Shown: positions 41,484 to 54,769 of the stretch, in pieces
How positions within the stretch are numbered: the stretch's first letter is position 1
How the letters are laid out: the number at the start of each line of letters is the position of its first letter
Assembly (NCBI GenBank): GCA_951406725.2
Contig: OX597817.1
Location: 44,888,001-44,952,000 of the forward strand
Length of the DNA stretch: 64,000 bases
Reading direction: 5' to 3'
Origin: Octopus vulgaris
Lineage: Eukaryota
Notes under the pieces: generated by a model
What the model saw: only the letters and a program-made list of their open reading frames with translations
Databases searched by the model: none
Told to the model about the DNA's origin: nothing
Made by a program: the position numbers and the translations under genes

Positions 41484-41638
41484 AATCACAAGGCCAGCAG
41501 TGCAAAAATAACAAAGTATGGAAGCCCAGCTGTGCCCAAATCAAAAAGTATGGAGGGCCAGCGGTGCCCAAATCTTAAAGTATGGAAGGCCAGCGGTGCC
41601 TAAATCACAAAGTATGGAAGGCCAGCTGTGCCAAAATC
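41484..41638. repeat. 32-bp minisatellite, about 4.7 copies, inside the satellite
   Basis: Unit AAGGCCAGCGGTGCCTAAATCACAAAGTATGG. Confidence 0.92.
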
Positions 41639-43098
41639 GTTGAAAAATTTTGGAAAAATTTTGGGTAAAATTTTCGGTGAAAACTTTCAAAAACTATTTG
41701 GTGAAAATTTTCAAATTATTTATGGGTTAAGTTTTCGGTGAAAATTTTGGAGTAATTTTTGGGGAAAATTTTCGAAAATTTTTTTGGGATAATTTTCGAC
41801 GAAAATTTTCGGGAAAATTTTCGAAAAATTTGGGTTAAAATTTTCGGTGAAAATTTCCGAAAAATTTTGGGTAAAATTTTGCGTGAAAATTTTCGAATTT
41901 TGAGTAAAATTTTCGATGAAAATTTTCGAATTTTGAGTAAAATTTTCGATGAAAATTTTCGAAAACTTCTTGGTGAAAATTTTCAAAATATTTGGTGAAA
42001 ATTTTGGAGTAATTTTTGGGGAAAATTTTCCAAAATTTTTTGGGGAATTTTTCGATAAAAATTTTCAGAAAATATTTGGGTAAAATTTTCGGTGAAAATT
42101 TTCGAAAAATTTTGGTTAAAGTTTTCTGTGTAAATTTTCGAAAAATTTTGGGTAAAATTTTCTGTAAAAATTTTCGAAAATTTTTGGTGAAAATTTTCGA
42201 AAAATTTTTTGGGAAAGTTTTAGCTGAAAATTCTCGAAGACTTTTTGGGTAAAGTTATCGGTGAAAACTTCCGAAAAATTTTTCGAGAAAATTTTTGTTG
42301 AAAATTTTCGAAAAATTTTGAGTAAAATTTTCGGTGAAAATTTTGGGTAAAATTTTGCGTGAAAATTTTCGAAAATTTTTTGGGAAAATTTTCGCTGAAA
42401 ATTCTCGAAAACTTTTTGGGTAAAGTTTTCGGTGAAAACTTCCGAAAAATTTTTCGAGAAAATTTTTGTTGAAAATTTTCGAAAAATTTTGAATAAAATT
42501 TTCGAAAAATTTTGAATAAAATTTTCGGAAATTTTTGTTAAAATTTTCGGTGAAAACTTTCGAAAAATTTTGGGTAAAATTTTCTGTGAAAATTTTCGAA
42601 AAATTTTGGGAAAAATTTTCTGCTAAAATTTTCGAAAATTTTTGGCTAAAGTTTTCGGTGAAAATTTTCGAAAAATTTTTTGGGAAGATTTTCGCTGAAA
42701 ATTCTCGAAAACTTTTTGTGTAAAGTTTTCGGTGAAAACTTCCGAAAAATCTTTCGAGAAAATTTTCGTTGAAAATTTTCGAAAAATTTTGAGTAAAATT
42801 TTTGGTGAAAATTTTCGAAAACTTTTTGGTGAAAATTTTCAAAATATTTTTGGGGAAATATTTCGACAAAAATTTTCCAAAAATATTTGGGTAAAATTTT
42901 CGAAAAGTTTTGGGTAAAATTTTCGGTGAAAATTTTCAAAACATTTTTGGATAAAGTTTTCTGTGAAAATTTTCGAAAAATTTTTGGGGTAAATTTTTGG
43001 GGAAAGTTTTCGGTGAAAATCTTTGAAAAATATTTTTCGAAAATTTTCGCTGAAAATTCTCGAAAAATTTTTGGGGAAAATTTTCAGTGAAAATTTCC

Positions 43099-43425
43099 GA
43101 AACAATAAATCATATTATCTCTAGCATGCCCAGTCCTGGCTAAGAAGGACAGACATGACAGAGTTGGAACCTACATACATTGGAAGCTATGCCAACATTA
43201 TGGAATAACAACAGAAAAAAGATGGTATAGGCACGCACCAGAAAAGGTCACAGAAAACGAGAAAGCAACCATACTCTGGGATATGCCGATACACACAGAT
43301 AGAGAAATTAAGACCAACAGACCAGATATAGTTGTCAGAGATCATGAAGAAAAATAATGCTTTCTAATTGATGTATCAATATCGGCAGATGACAACGTGT
43401 CTCTAAAAGAAATGGAGAAACTCTC
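43099..43425 (+). pseudogene. Internal R4/Dong RLE-domain fragment embedded in the satellite
   Basis: ETINHIISS-CPVLAKK..RHDRVGTYIHWKLCQHYG...ATILWDMPIHTDREIKTNRPDIVV...LIDVSISADDNVSLKEMEKL. Confidence 0.9.
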
Positions 43426-43605
43426 GGTGAAAATTTTCGAAAACTTTTTGGTGAAAATTTTCGGTGAAAATTATCGAGAAATTTTTGGGTAAAATTTTCG
43501 AAAAACCTTTGGGGAAAATTTTCGTGAAATTTTTGCGGAAAATTTTCGAAAAGCTTTTGGGTAAAATTTTCGGTGAAAATATTCGAAAACTTTTTGGTGA
43601 AAAAA

Positions 43606-44762
43606 GTTCTATCTGTTTTCTTTAGGGGACCAAAAACGTAGCAGAAATTTAGTCACATGTGGGCATGATCCGAAAAGTTCTGTCCTTGTGTTTAGACATG
43701 TAGTAGGGTCTAAGCTGCTCTTCCAGATAAGCTATCTCTCCATGTCGCATAGACCGCACCTTCCGCTGCCGTTGGTATAGGGCTTACATCTGGCCGAAAT
43801 CTTCCAATGCATGTTATAATCAACACCTTGATCTTTTAAAGATCAAATATGATTAGATAATTGTGTCGCTTTTCTTTTGTTCCAGTGCCTAAAGCTCACA
43901 GTGTGGTTATTGAACCTGGCCTTGAAGTTACCCTCTGTAAGGCCCACGTATTTCATCGTCGAAACGGTGTCTTTAGTGGTTATAGAGTTTACGGTAGCTT
44001 CATATATGATGGTCTTGGACATGCAAGCTCGATGTAGCGGGCACAATTATTTATTCCTGCATGAACAGCTGTTTTCTTGTGTTTTTTGTATGTTATGTTT
44101 GATTATGTCCTTATCATTGGTACTAATTTCTATGAAGTCGCTAGCAAAGATGAGGGCTTTATCTAGCAGTTCATTAGAGATAGAGGCATAAAAATCAACA
44201 ATATCGAATTGTGTAAACCTCGCTTTTTTCTTATTCGTAATAGCTTTAAACCAGTCTATGACTTCTATACTATTGGACCATTGTACTAGCCTAGTATCGG
44301 TCTTAATGTTCGCATTTATTTTATCTAAAATTTCTTTACTAATAATCCCAAGTTCTGACTTGGCTGGGTTGATAAGCCTACATTTAGGGTTGGAAAGGAA
44401 GTTTTCTTTGTGATCTTTAATAGTAATAAAGGCCTCTTTTGGGGGAGGGCTTCTATTTTTTTATCTAATTTAAGTTTAGCGGCGATGACGCTAGCTTCTT
44501 TATTAATTTCGTTATATGTCTGTGCCCTAGCCTTAGTATAATTAGTAATGATGCTGTTGTGTAAGAGTTGTGTGTATTTGCTGTTATCTACCAGGTATAA
44601 GTTTTTAGTTTTGTCCGAAAAAAGTGCTTTTTTCTAGGAGCTTTTTATATGTTTAATATATTTTTTCAATTTATGTTGTAAATCGTTAAAAGACTTACGA
44701 AATTTTATTTTGCTCATAATTTTCAGCAAGTCCGCTTCGAAATCTTCCAAGCCTTTAATCCT
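43606..44762 (-). mobile_element. Internally deleted Penelope-like element (RT N-half fused to GIY-YIG)
   Basis: FITIKDHKENFLSNPKCRLINPAKSELG...QFDIVDFYASIS...DIIKH|NIQK...CSCRNK*LCPLHRACMSKTIIYEA...YVGLTEGNFKARFNNH. Confidence 0.88.
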
Positions 44763-44795
44763 TTAATATATATATATATATATATATATTAATCC

Positions 44796-44911
<116 letters not shown>

Positions 44912-44938
44912 ATATATATATTATATTATAACATATAT

Positions 44939-45145
44939 ACTCACATGATTTATTATTGAGCGTCACGTAGGAGTTTGAGTAACTGTTTGTGAAAGCACAT
45001 TTCGTGTTACTCTAAGGTGTGTGTGTGTTTATGTGTGTGTATAGTTGTAATAATGAATTCAAACGTTCCTTAGAGTAACACGAACAGTGATTTCACAATC
45101 AGTTACACATAGTCCCAGGTGACACTGAATAATAAATTATGTGAG
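44939..45145. repeat. Imperfect ~78-bp inverted repeat next to (TA)n
   Basis: CTCACATGATTTATTATT...TCGTGTTACTCTAAGG versus CCTTAGAGTAACACGA...AATAATAAATTATGTGAG. Confidence 0.8.
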
Positions 45146-47936
45146 CATATAGAATATAATATAATTTAAAATTGTATCATATTGTCTTTGGAGCCTCTAC
45201 AGATAGTACTGTAAAGATTATATTATATTATATTATATTATATACACTCTCATAATTCATTAAACAGTATTATCACAACTAGCAGTCACGTGAAACTGAG
45301 TAACAATTTGTATAGATTATTTTCGGCCTTAATAAATAGTGATATTCGAATGCTATTCTTTCCCCCGTACTTTGTATCTATATGCTTAAACACACACACA
45401 CACACATGAATACAGAAGCCCGCACACACGCATACAGACACAGATACAGGAATACACACATGCGTAAGAAGCTGTAAAAACTTCTGTTTTGAACAATTTT
45501 GTGATAAAAAGAAAACCGTGTGAGATATAACAGACACGGTATGGATTTGGCTAGAGTACCTCCTCTGGGTTACCAGGCGTGTGCTCAAATATATCTAAGA
45601 AATAACTTATAGGGATGCGTATCATAAAAATATATTGGAAAGTAAAAGATTGATTCAAAACAATAAACAAGAATTAAACTGTGGCTGTTGTCAGAATTCT
45701 AGTGGAAATTTGGAAATACTTTTTTTTAATGAGAAACTAAATGTTAGATTTAGACAAATATGTATGCATGTCATTGGATAGAAAAATCGAAACTTAAAAT
45801 ATTGCAAGCCTAAGAAGTTACGACAAGAACACGTGATATTCTCCATTTTGTTAGTGATAAAAAAGGATGCTTTATGTTGGTTAATTCTGTTTTAAAAGAT
45901 GATGGTTTAGCCAATATACGATAATAAGGTGTTGTTGTTTTTCACTAGTGGTAATTGACTGCTTTTGCCTTGTGGATTCAATGAATGATCTTATATTCCT
46001 ATTTGTACAGAAAAAGCTCGGAGTGTTTGGTAATGGTGTTAGAGATTCATTTTGATAGAAAAATGGTAATATTTTGAACAAAAATATAAAGGATAGAAGA
46101 GATAATTATTTCTATTATTTTGTTGCAGAAATTTAAAGGATTCCTGATTAGAAATGAAATAGTTTTGGAATAGTTTGAAGAAAAGTTTCGCTATAACAAA
46201 GAAAATGTAGGTTAAGAGTTGGGCTGAGTCAGGTGATATAACATTTCTATGTTTTGCAGAAGGTGTAAATAATTGGGGTTTAGAATTTATTTTATCGGAA
46301 ATTAGTATTGTCGCTCTTCGTACTCTAATGTCTCAATAGATACCTGTTCATTAGAAAATAAGAAAATAATCGTTAATGCTTTTACTAAATTGTTGATACG
46401 ATATTCACGATTGAGTGAAGTATTATAAATACACAGTACATTGTAATCAGGCTTCTGTAGGGTCGAGAACGAGTGAAAAGTGACAAAGTGAAAACTTTAT
46501 TTCGTTAATATATTTTTGTATATAGTCAATTTTTTTCATATGTTCGCATTCTTTTATAGAAGTTAGTTGTAGATAGTTTCCAAAATTACAAGTTAATTAC
46601 AAGCCAAGACTTTCCTTACATATTCTGTCATTAATGCAGAGCCATATTTATCTCTTACACAGTTGTTTGCGAACTAGATTCCTTTTATGGGTTGAGGAAA
46701 CAATTGATACGTTTCTCGTTGACAGAACGCTAAGTCAACATTATTCTTTGAGTATAGATTACTTGGAATATGAGAGAAACTGTGCACTTGACTTAAATTT
46801 CAGACAATTTAAAACAAGTGGCAATCTTAAAAATGTGAACATGTTTGTAATGTAGTTCATGAGACACAGATATTAAGTTATATTCATTGACGAATTTAGC
46901 GACGTGGGTGTTAGAGTAGAATTCTCAAAAATCATTAAAAAAACATAAGAACAGAATTGACATTATTTAAATTAGGAATTGGGAAATATTAAGAAGTGTC
47001 TAGAAAGACTTAATCGTCTTTCGGTCTGAATATTTTCCTTTAAAAAAATGCATTTAAATAATATTTGAGGTTTTGTACTCTGCTTTATCTACATATAAAT
47101 TGAGTTAAAACCCAATGGGAATAATCATCAAGCCATTTCTCTTTTTACAGATTTAGTTTTGCTTGTGGAGTGATAACGTCAATTGCAGGCAATATTAAGA
47201 TTAGAATCGGCCAATCTTTCTAATTTAATAGGAAATTTACCGAAACATCTTCAGAGAGAAAATTACATATAATGATAATGAGAAAGTTTGCACTGTAAGA
47301 TTGCTGATCTATCAACAAAACTATTCATTGATGAGTCGATAAAAGAATTCTAATAGCTTAGCCAAGCCAACCTTGGAAGAAAACTTCTCCCTGGAGTCCA
47401 ATGAGAAATGAATATCACTTCAGTCATTGGTAGTAATCAACTTTGTGGCCGTTTATTGATCAAATTCTAACGATGAAAAAATCGAACCCAATCTTATTTA
47501 TTGGAACGATTCGGTCTACTGAATACTACTTCATCGTAGTGCTGCCATTAAATAGAAACAAGCAACACAATATAGGTTATCTTTGAGCAGAAACCGGAAC
47601 TAATACGGCTCAGAGATCAGAGCCAAGCCTGTCTTACTCACGTCCGTGATTTGTTTGAAGTAAGTGTTTTTTTTTTTCATATATATTTATATATCGTTTG
47701 ATATGAAATAACGATATAACGCCATAATAGCATTTAAATGTTTAGTGGTGTGGAATTACGACTGACTACCGAACTGAGAGTGGTAAATAAAAAGGATTTT
47801 TGCATTCAGGTGTGAATGCATGTGTCTAACTGTGAACGATAATATAAATTTAAATATGTCGGATGGTAATCGGTAAGATATAAGGTATAGCGCTCACACA
47901 GAAATACACACACATGCATAAAAATATAGTCACAAA

Positions 47937-47975
<39 letters not shown>

Positions 47976-48417
47976 TACAGAATACCACATATGAACACTG
48001 ATATATATACAAGAATGTATGTGAAAGAAACGAATGCATGAATGAGTTCCTATGTGCAATAATTTATATTCATGTGCTAGTGTTGGGAGGTATGTTAATG
48101 AAGATTTATCTATATATAAATGCGTATCTTACTCCTCCTGTGACTAATGCTTCTTTTTATTCAACTTTTATTATGATAGGCACTTTGAATTAATAGCGAT
48201 ATGTACTGTAGCTTATCTTTCAGAAATGTAACGAAGAGGCATTCACACGCTTATACAGAAATATTTAATTACACGCTGGTGTATGATTATGCTTAGAAAG
48301 AAAATCACATCTATGTATATGCAAACACAAAACACACACAGACACACACACCACGCTTAAAGATACATACATATACTATATATATATATACAGATATATG
48401 CATACATACATACATAG

Positions 48418-48466
<49 letters not shown>

Positions 48467-49465
48467 GCTATACACACAGAGATACATACCTATACACACA
48501 CAAACACGCACTCACACACACGCACACACACACGCACACACACACACAAACACGCACACACACACACATATATATAATACATATCATCTACACTAAATGA
48601 GGCATATACAAGGACGTCTGTTGATGTGTGTGCATGTGTTTTTGAATTGGATAATTATAGAAGGGAATGAATCTATCGGTTTCATAAATTATGATAATTT
48701 CAATGGCCTGAATCATCTGTCTGTATTTTCATTAATTTGGCACCTACTAGATTTTAGATAAGATGTATTATTGATATACCTTCGGGGTGAGGGAAGCCAG
48801 AGTCAACTGATTTTGTCTTGTTGCAATATTCAATTAATTTCTCACTATTCATAATATTGTTGATATTTTTAAGTGCATTATTTCTTTGAGGCTGTATGTG
48901 TTTTAGATATATGTTAAAGATTTTGTCAGACTGTGTAACGTCCCTATTTACATTGCTCGTTTCCGTGGGAACCAAAGAAGTATGGCTGTGGTTTCGGTGA
49001 GAGACACGTAGAATATATTTTTGCCCGATTCAACCCTATGTAGTTTATGATGATATGTTCGGGAGGTATTTTTGAGAAGTGAGTTCTATTGATGATGTAA
49101 TAGTGTCTGTATGTTATTTGAATTTGTTGTTCGTTTCTCTGTGATAACATTTGACTGAGCAGAGTGTTAGAGACGAGACGACCCATAAGTCCCTTAACAC
49201 TCGAAAGCAGCATTCAATTAGCCGGATCACTGGAAGTCAATTCCTCTTCTGTGAGTACGCTCTCGCTGATTTTTTTTTTTTTTGTCAAAGCAACAATTTT
49301 GATTTTGCTGATTGTTGTAATATACCATAAAACATGCAATATATTCCAAAACGAAATAAGAGGTTTTTGTCACTATAATTTTCCATATCTCTTTCTCTCT
49401 TCCCCACCTCTCTTGGCTTTTATAAGAAAAAATCTCAAGTTATACCGTGCTGAAGATAGACAAGC

Positions 49466-50352
49466 GAATTCGTACTTCCCTCCAAAATCCACCACATGAG
49501 TCACAAAACAGTACTGCCGAAACGAAATTTCGTAGCTTTGTTGTAGGGGAGTAAAAGTAGTCAATACAGATAAAGGGTGAAATATAATTAATTTAATAAA
49601 ATCAATATATTTCACCTAGTAGTATTTCGGTATGGAAAAGGACCATATTCGGTAAAAATTTATATAATTATAATAATAAGTGTTTTTTGCAACAATTTGC
49701 TTAAACCACACACCGAAAATATTAGATATAGTAGTCAAAGGTCTACTATTTCTTTTACTACAAAAATAAATTTATTGATTTTATTAAATTAATTATATTT
49801 CACCCTTTATCTGTATTGACTACTTTTACTCCCCTACAACAAAACTACGAAAGCTCGTTTCGGCAGAACTGTTTTTGTAACTCACGTGGTGGATTTTGGA
49901 TGGAAGTACGAATATAAATGTGGATATGCTAGTGAACTTCTGTATCTTTCGATGTCGCTTGATCGAGAATATAAGAGGTAAGTTTTTCCTAGCATTTCTA
50001 GATTTATGGGAAATATTATGTTGATAAGGAAATGAACTTTACGATTCTAATCCAGAAACGTGCGTCCATAATTAATCTGTAGACTGTGTGGTTTCGTTGT
50101 TTTTCTTCTTCTTTTGCCATATGTGAGTTACAAATATTGTTGTTTGTGGAGACTTATTTTTGTACTAGGAGAAATAGTAGTCCTTTGACGGCTATTTCTA
50201 ATATTTTCGGTATGTGGTTTAAGCAACTTGTTGCAAAAAACACTTATTATTATAATTATATAAATTTTTACCGAATATGGTCCTTTTCCATACCGAAATA
50301 CTACTTGGTGAAATTTATTGATTTTATTAAATTAATTATATTTCACCCTTTA

Positions 50353-50358
<6 letters not shown>
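49466..50358. repeat. Nested double foldback element (X-Y-Z-Y'-X'-spacer-Z'-Y') ending at (TA)n
   Basis: 49466-49610 is inverted at 49771-49913; 49565-49770 is inverted at ~50153-50358. Confidence 0.85.
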
Positions 50359-50412
<54 letters not shown>

Positions 50413-50417
<5 letters not shown>

Positions 50418-50579
50418 GACTGGTTTCTTTCAGTTTCCGTCTATCAAATCCGTTCACAAGGCTTTGGTCGGCCCGAGGCTTTACTAGTAGACACTCGCCC
50501 AAGTTGCCACGCAGTGGGACTGAACCCGGAACTATGTGGTTGGCAAGCAATCTACTTACCATACAGCCAAGCCTACGCC
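50413..50579 (-). mobile_element. SINE family B head half
   Basis: Homologous to the reverse complement of 62564-62730. Confidence 0.85.
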
Positions 50580-51436
50580 AATGTTTGTTAATTTATTTTT
50601 ATACTATCAATAATATGTTTGTCTATGCTGCCTGATGTAGAATATTTCTGCCTTCTAATACTGTTGTATTCGACTCACGATGATAAAACTATGGATTCAA
50701 TTCCTAGAAGAAGCGTTTCGCTGTGCCCTGAAGTAAGATACTTAATACTGCGTTACACTCCAGTCTATTCGGCTGAAAATGTGTACCAGCCACGTATTAG
50801 TATATGTCTCTCTTCCTCCATCTATCACATTCTGGATACGCTACTGTATTATGATTAGGCGATATTGTGTTTTTATCTGCTCGTGAATACATACGTAGGT
50901 AAAACTATTTACGAAGTACAGTACATGCTATGAATCCACATCGGATTCTGAGTGTCTTCTCGCTGTACAGTTCTAATAGATGGAATAAAATGAGACGTAG
51001 TTTCTGCTCCCATCGTTTTATTATATATATAATCAGATATGCAGCTTAATGCAAAATCAGTTATCACAATAGGAAACATGTCTAGAACTATATACAAAAA
51101 AGTGAATAATAATATAAAATGCCACTGTAAGTATATGCATAGATATCAAATTGCATGAGAACTGCTTCTACAAACATGTAATAGCAAGAAAACTGCGACA
51201 TCACGCGTGAAATATTCGTTAAGTAAACCTTATCTTGAAAAGGAAATTAAAAATGGAAATATACTTACAGATAATACACTAAACCTTATAGACTAATGCT
51301 GAAAACGTACAGTTGATCAGTTGATCATAAGTGGAATAATTTCATTGTTCATACACGTTTCATCTGGAATGATTTAAGATTAATTACAAAAATGATCATA
51401 TTAGCGTGTGTATGTGCATTGATTATATATATATCT

Positions 51437-51534
<98 letters not shown>

Positions 51535-52420
51535 TATCTATATGTATGTATATATATATACATATATATATATACATATATATGCACATACAAACACACA
51601 CACACAGACACATATATATATATATCTATATGTAACCTATAGTTACAAAATGATGCTCTTAGCATATTTAGCTTCAAGGATAGGAGCGACTGAGTTATGC
51701 TTTACATGCAGCTTAAAAAGCGAACATGTAGGACTTCAAAATTACATCATTTACAACAGACTGCAAAGCAGTAAATATTGTATAAATTATCGGTTTTCGT
51801 TTCAGTCTCTACACTTTGATTTGGATACCTGGTGTTTAGAATTGACAGTTTTACACGATTCTACTCAATTTTGTACATCTCAACTTCGATTTAGGAAACA
51901 GTATGAATTTACACAATCTTTGCCAAATATTGTTATCGCTTGAAAACTTCTAAATGATGAATGATGTTAGGTAGATAGTTTTCGTATTTCTCATTTAGGA
52001 AAAATCGATCTTCATAAGCAAATCAACAAACTAGCCAACAGTTTCTAATCAGTTAGTAGCGAGTAATTCTTTATCATCTATCGCATTCTCTGCCTTGAGC
52101 AGAGAAGAGAACATCATCTATTAGGTTTCGCAAATCTTAAACCAAAAGACAGCGATTGCAATTTCTTATTTCTCTTCATCTAAGAATGTGTGAGTGGCTT
52201 TGTCTGTATCTGATGATGTGTGCATCTGAGAGCATTGGTTTCTTCCTAACCTTCAGTGAAGCAAGATGGTGTGGGACCGGTAGGCTGACGAGTCGTGTTA
52301 GAAGAGTACATTTTAATTGAAAACACATATACATTCATGTATATTATCTACATATACCCAGCACACACACACAAACATGCAAACAAATATGTAAGCATGA
52401 AGAATTTCACCTTTCGTTTG

Positions 52421-52531
<111 letters not shown>

Positions 52532-52555
52532 ATATTATATACAATATGTAAATAG

Positions 52556-52597
<42 letters not shown>

Positions 52598-52699
52598 TCG
52601 GGGTGAGTACTTGATAATTATAAGCACCTGTGTATACCGTTTGGTGGTGTAGGTGGTGGAGTAAATTGATCAAAATAAAAACATGATACGAAGGATTCA

Positions 52700-52777
52700 G
52701 CGGTACATATGTTTCGGGCCTTTATTAGACAGATTTATAACAATGCATAATGTATTTCTATGGCCTTCTTCAGCCGC
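52700..52777 (-). ncRNA. Type-I hammerhead ribozyme in the sense 3' pseudo-LTR
   Basis: GCGG-CUGAAGA-AGGCC...GGCCC-GAAA-CAUAUG-U-A-CCGC. Confidence 0.85.
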
Positions 52778-54769
52778 GCACAACAGCTTCCACAAGGACA
52801 TGTGTTACATCAAAAATTCTTGGTTGGGGATGCAAATCCTCTCATTCGCGTACGACATAATGCGGCTGCAGCATAGAATTGAAGCGTCCATCTCTTTCTT
52901 CTCTCAATGTAGAATGAGGAAATTTGGATGTTGAAGTAATGTAAATAAATAAATACATATATAGACGTGAAGATGGAGGGGCGAGAATTCAGGACGAGGG
53001 ATAAAAAATGTATAAAAAGTGTAAGTATAGAAAAATATAAAAATGTAGAGTATAAAGATATAAAGGGATATAAGGAGATGTAAAGGGGGTATAAAGAATA
53101 TAAAGAAATATAAAGAAATATAAATGAATGTAAAGGCATAAGGTTATAAAGTAAAAATAGAAATAGAAATAAAAGTAAAAAGTAAAAAAGTAAAAATAGG
53201 AATAAACATGATAAAAATGTAAAAAAAATAAAGATAAGGGATGTATAGAGGTTACGGACCAAACATGGTGGTCAGGAGATTGATAAAATTTAGTTGTAGA
53301 AGTTTTGGGTGTCAATAAATCAACAGTGTCATCTGGGGACCTAGTGTGTTGTAAATCAGAGCTGTTGAGCGTTTAATCTAGTTCTTTGAATTAATTGGTC
53401 ATCTTGTACATACATACCATCATGGATACATACACCCATATACACGCGTACATATACGCGCGCATACACGGCTCCAAACCTATAAGCATACACACGCACT
53501 CACGTGTAAACATGTACATAAACACACATACACCCACACGCACGCGCGTACATATACATACATACAACAGAATATCCGCATGTATACACGGACATTATAC
53601 GTGTACACACCCATATATACATACGTGCGCCCATCCTTACATACACATACACATATGCCCACGCTTCCAGGTTTAGATATAAGATATTAAAGGATGTATA
53701 TAAGAACGTATGTAAAGAATCACGCACTCACGTCTACACGTGCACGCACACACGGCTGTGTGTCCATATGTGCGTGCACATATACACTTACATACACACA
53801 CAGAGACATACGCGCATATGGGTATAGCTATAAGATATTAAAAGATGTATACAGATAGGTGTAAACATATGAATATAAGAAAACATTGTAAAAAAATGTA
53901 AAGAAATACGGGGTATGTACATCCAGACGTAGATGTTTACTCGTACATATCTACACATATGTATACGTATACATACGTACACGGACGCTCGTATAATCAT
54001 AAAGCGGATCCATAGGTAAGTAAATAAGGGATAAGCAAAAAAAATAGACATATATAGAGATATAAAGCGATAAGTTAGGGGTAAGAATGAGGGTAAGGGT
54101 AAAAATTAGAAATAAAAGTAAGAAATACAATATAAAATAAGAAATACAATGTAAAAGTTAGAAATGAAATATAAAAATTATAAAAATTATAAGAATTAAG
54201 ATAAGGGATGAAAATAAAAATGAGAATAAAGGTAAAGCGAAGTAGAATAGGATAAAGCAAAATAAAAGTAAAAATAAAAGTAAAAATAAAAATAAAATAA
54301 AATAAAATAAAAATATAATTTGGTAAAGTTTAACATGAGATGAAGGTGGTTGAAAGTTAGAGGTGTGTGTTAAAGGTGCCCACGTAACTGAAAATTGGAA
54401 GGGTGGGAAGTGGAGTTTGGCGGTGTGCGTTCAACATCCGAGTTAGAAATGTGAAAGGGTATAGATATAGGGAAATAAAGAGACTATATAGGAAGGATAT
54501 GGGTGTAGGAGAAGAAATATGTAGGGAAAAGAAGACATATATGGGAGACAAAATGTGTATATATAGGAGTAAAATGCAGGGAAACATATATGCACATACA
54601 CCCCCCCCCCCATATATATATATATACATATACGTACACATATGTGCACATACATATATATACGCACACATATACGCATATACACGCACATATAGGAAAG
54701 CGGGATGTGCTGGGGCCGACAGGTTGCACCGGGTGGGAGGAAATTGCATGGGCGAGTTGGTATAATAAC

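Larger units (their letters stand above)
41157..43605. repeat. Degenerate A/T-tract satellite built on GAAAATTTTC / GGTGAAAATTTTCG with higher-order repeats
   Basis: ~10-12-bp palindromic units; a >100-bp block recurs at ~42220, ~42390 and ~42690. Confidence 0.95.

Noticed and set aside
41484-41638. 32-bp repeats as a CRISPR array
   Set aside because: Contiguous tandem units with no unique spacers, no cas genes, eukaryotic context.
41187-43105. ORFs of repeated KIFENF/FSKIF
   Set aside because: Translation of the A-tract satellite, open in many frames on both strands.
45650-47150. Possible ancient PLE N-terminal region on the minus strand (TKSDNTN, PNTPSFF)
   Set aside because: Only short weak motifs; needs a profile search.
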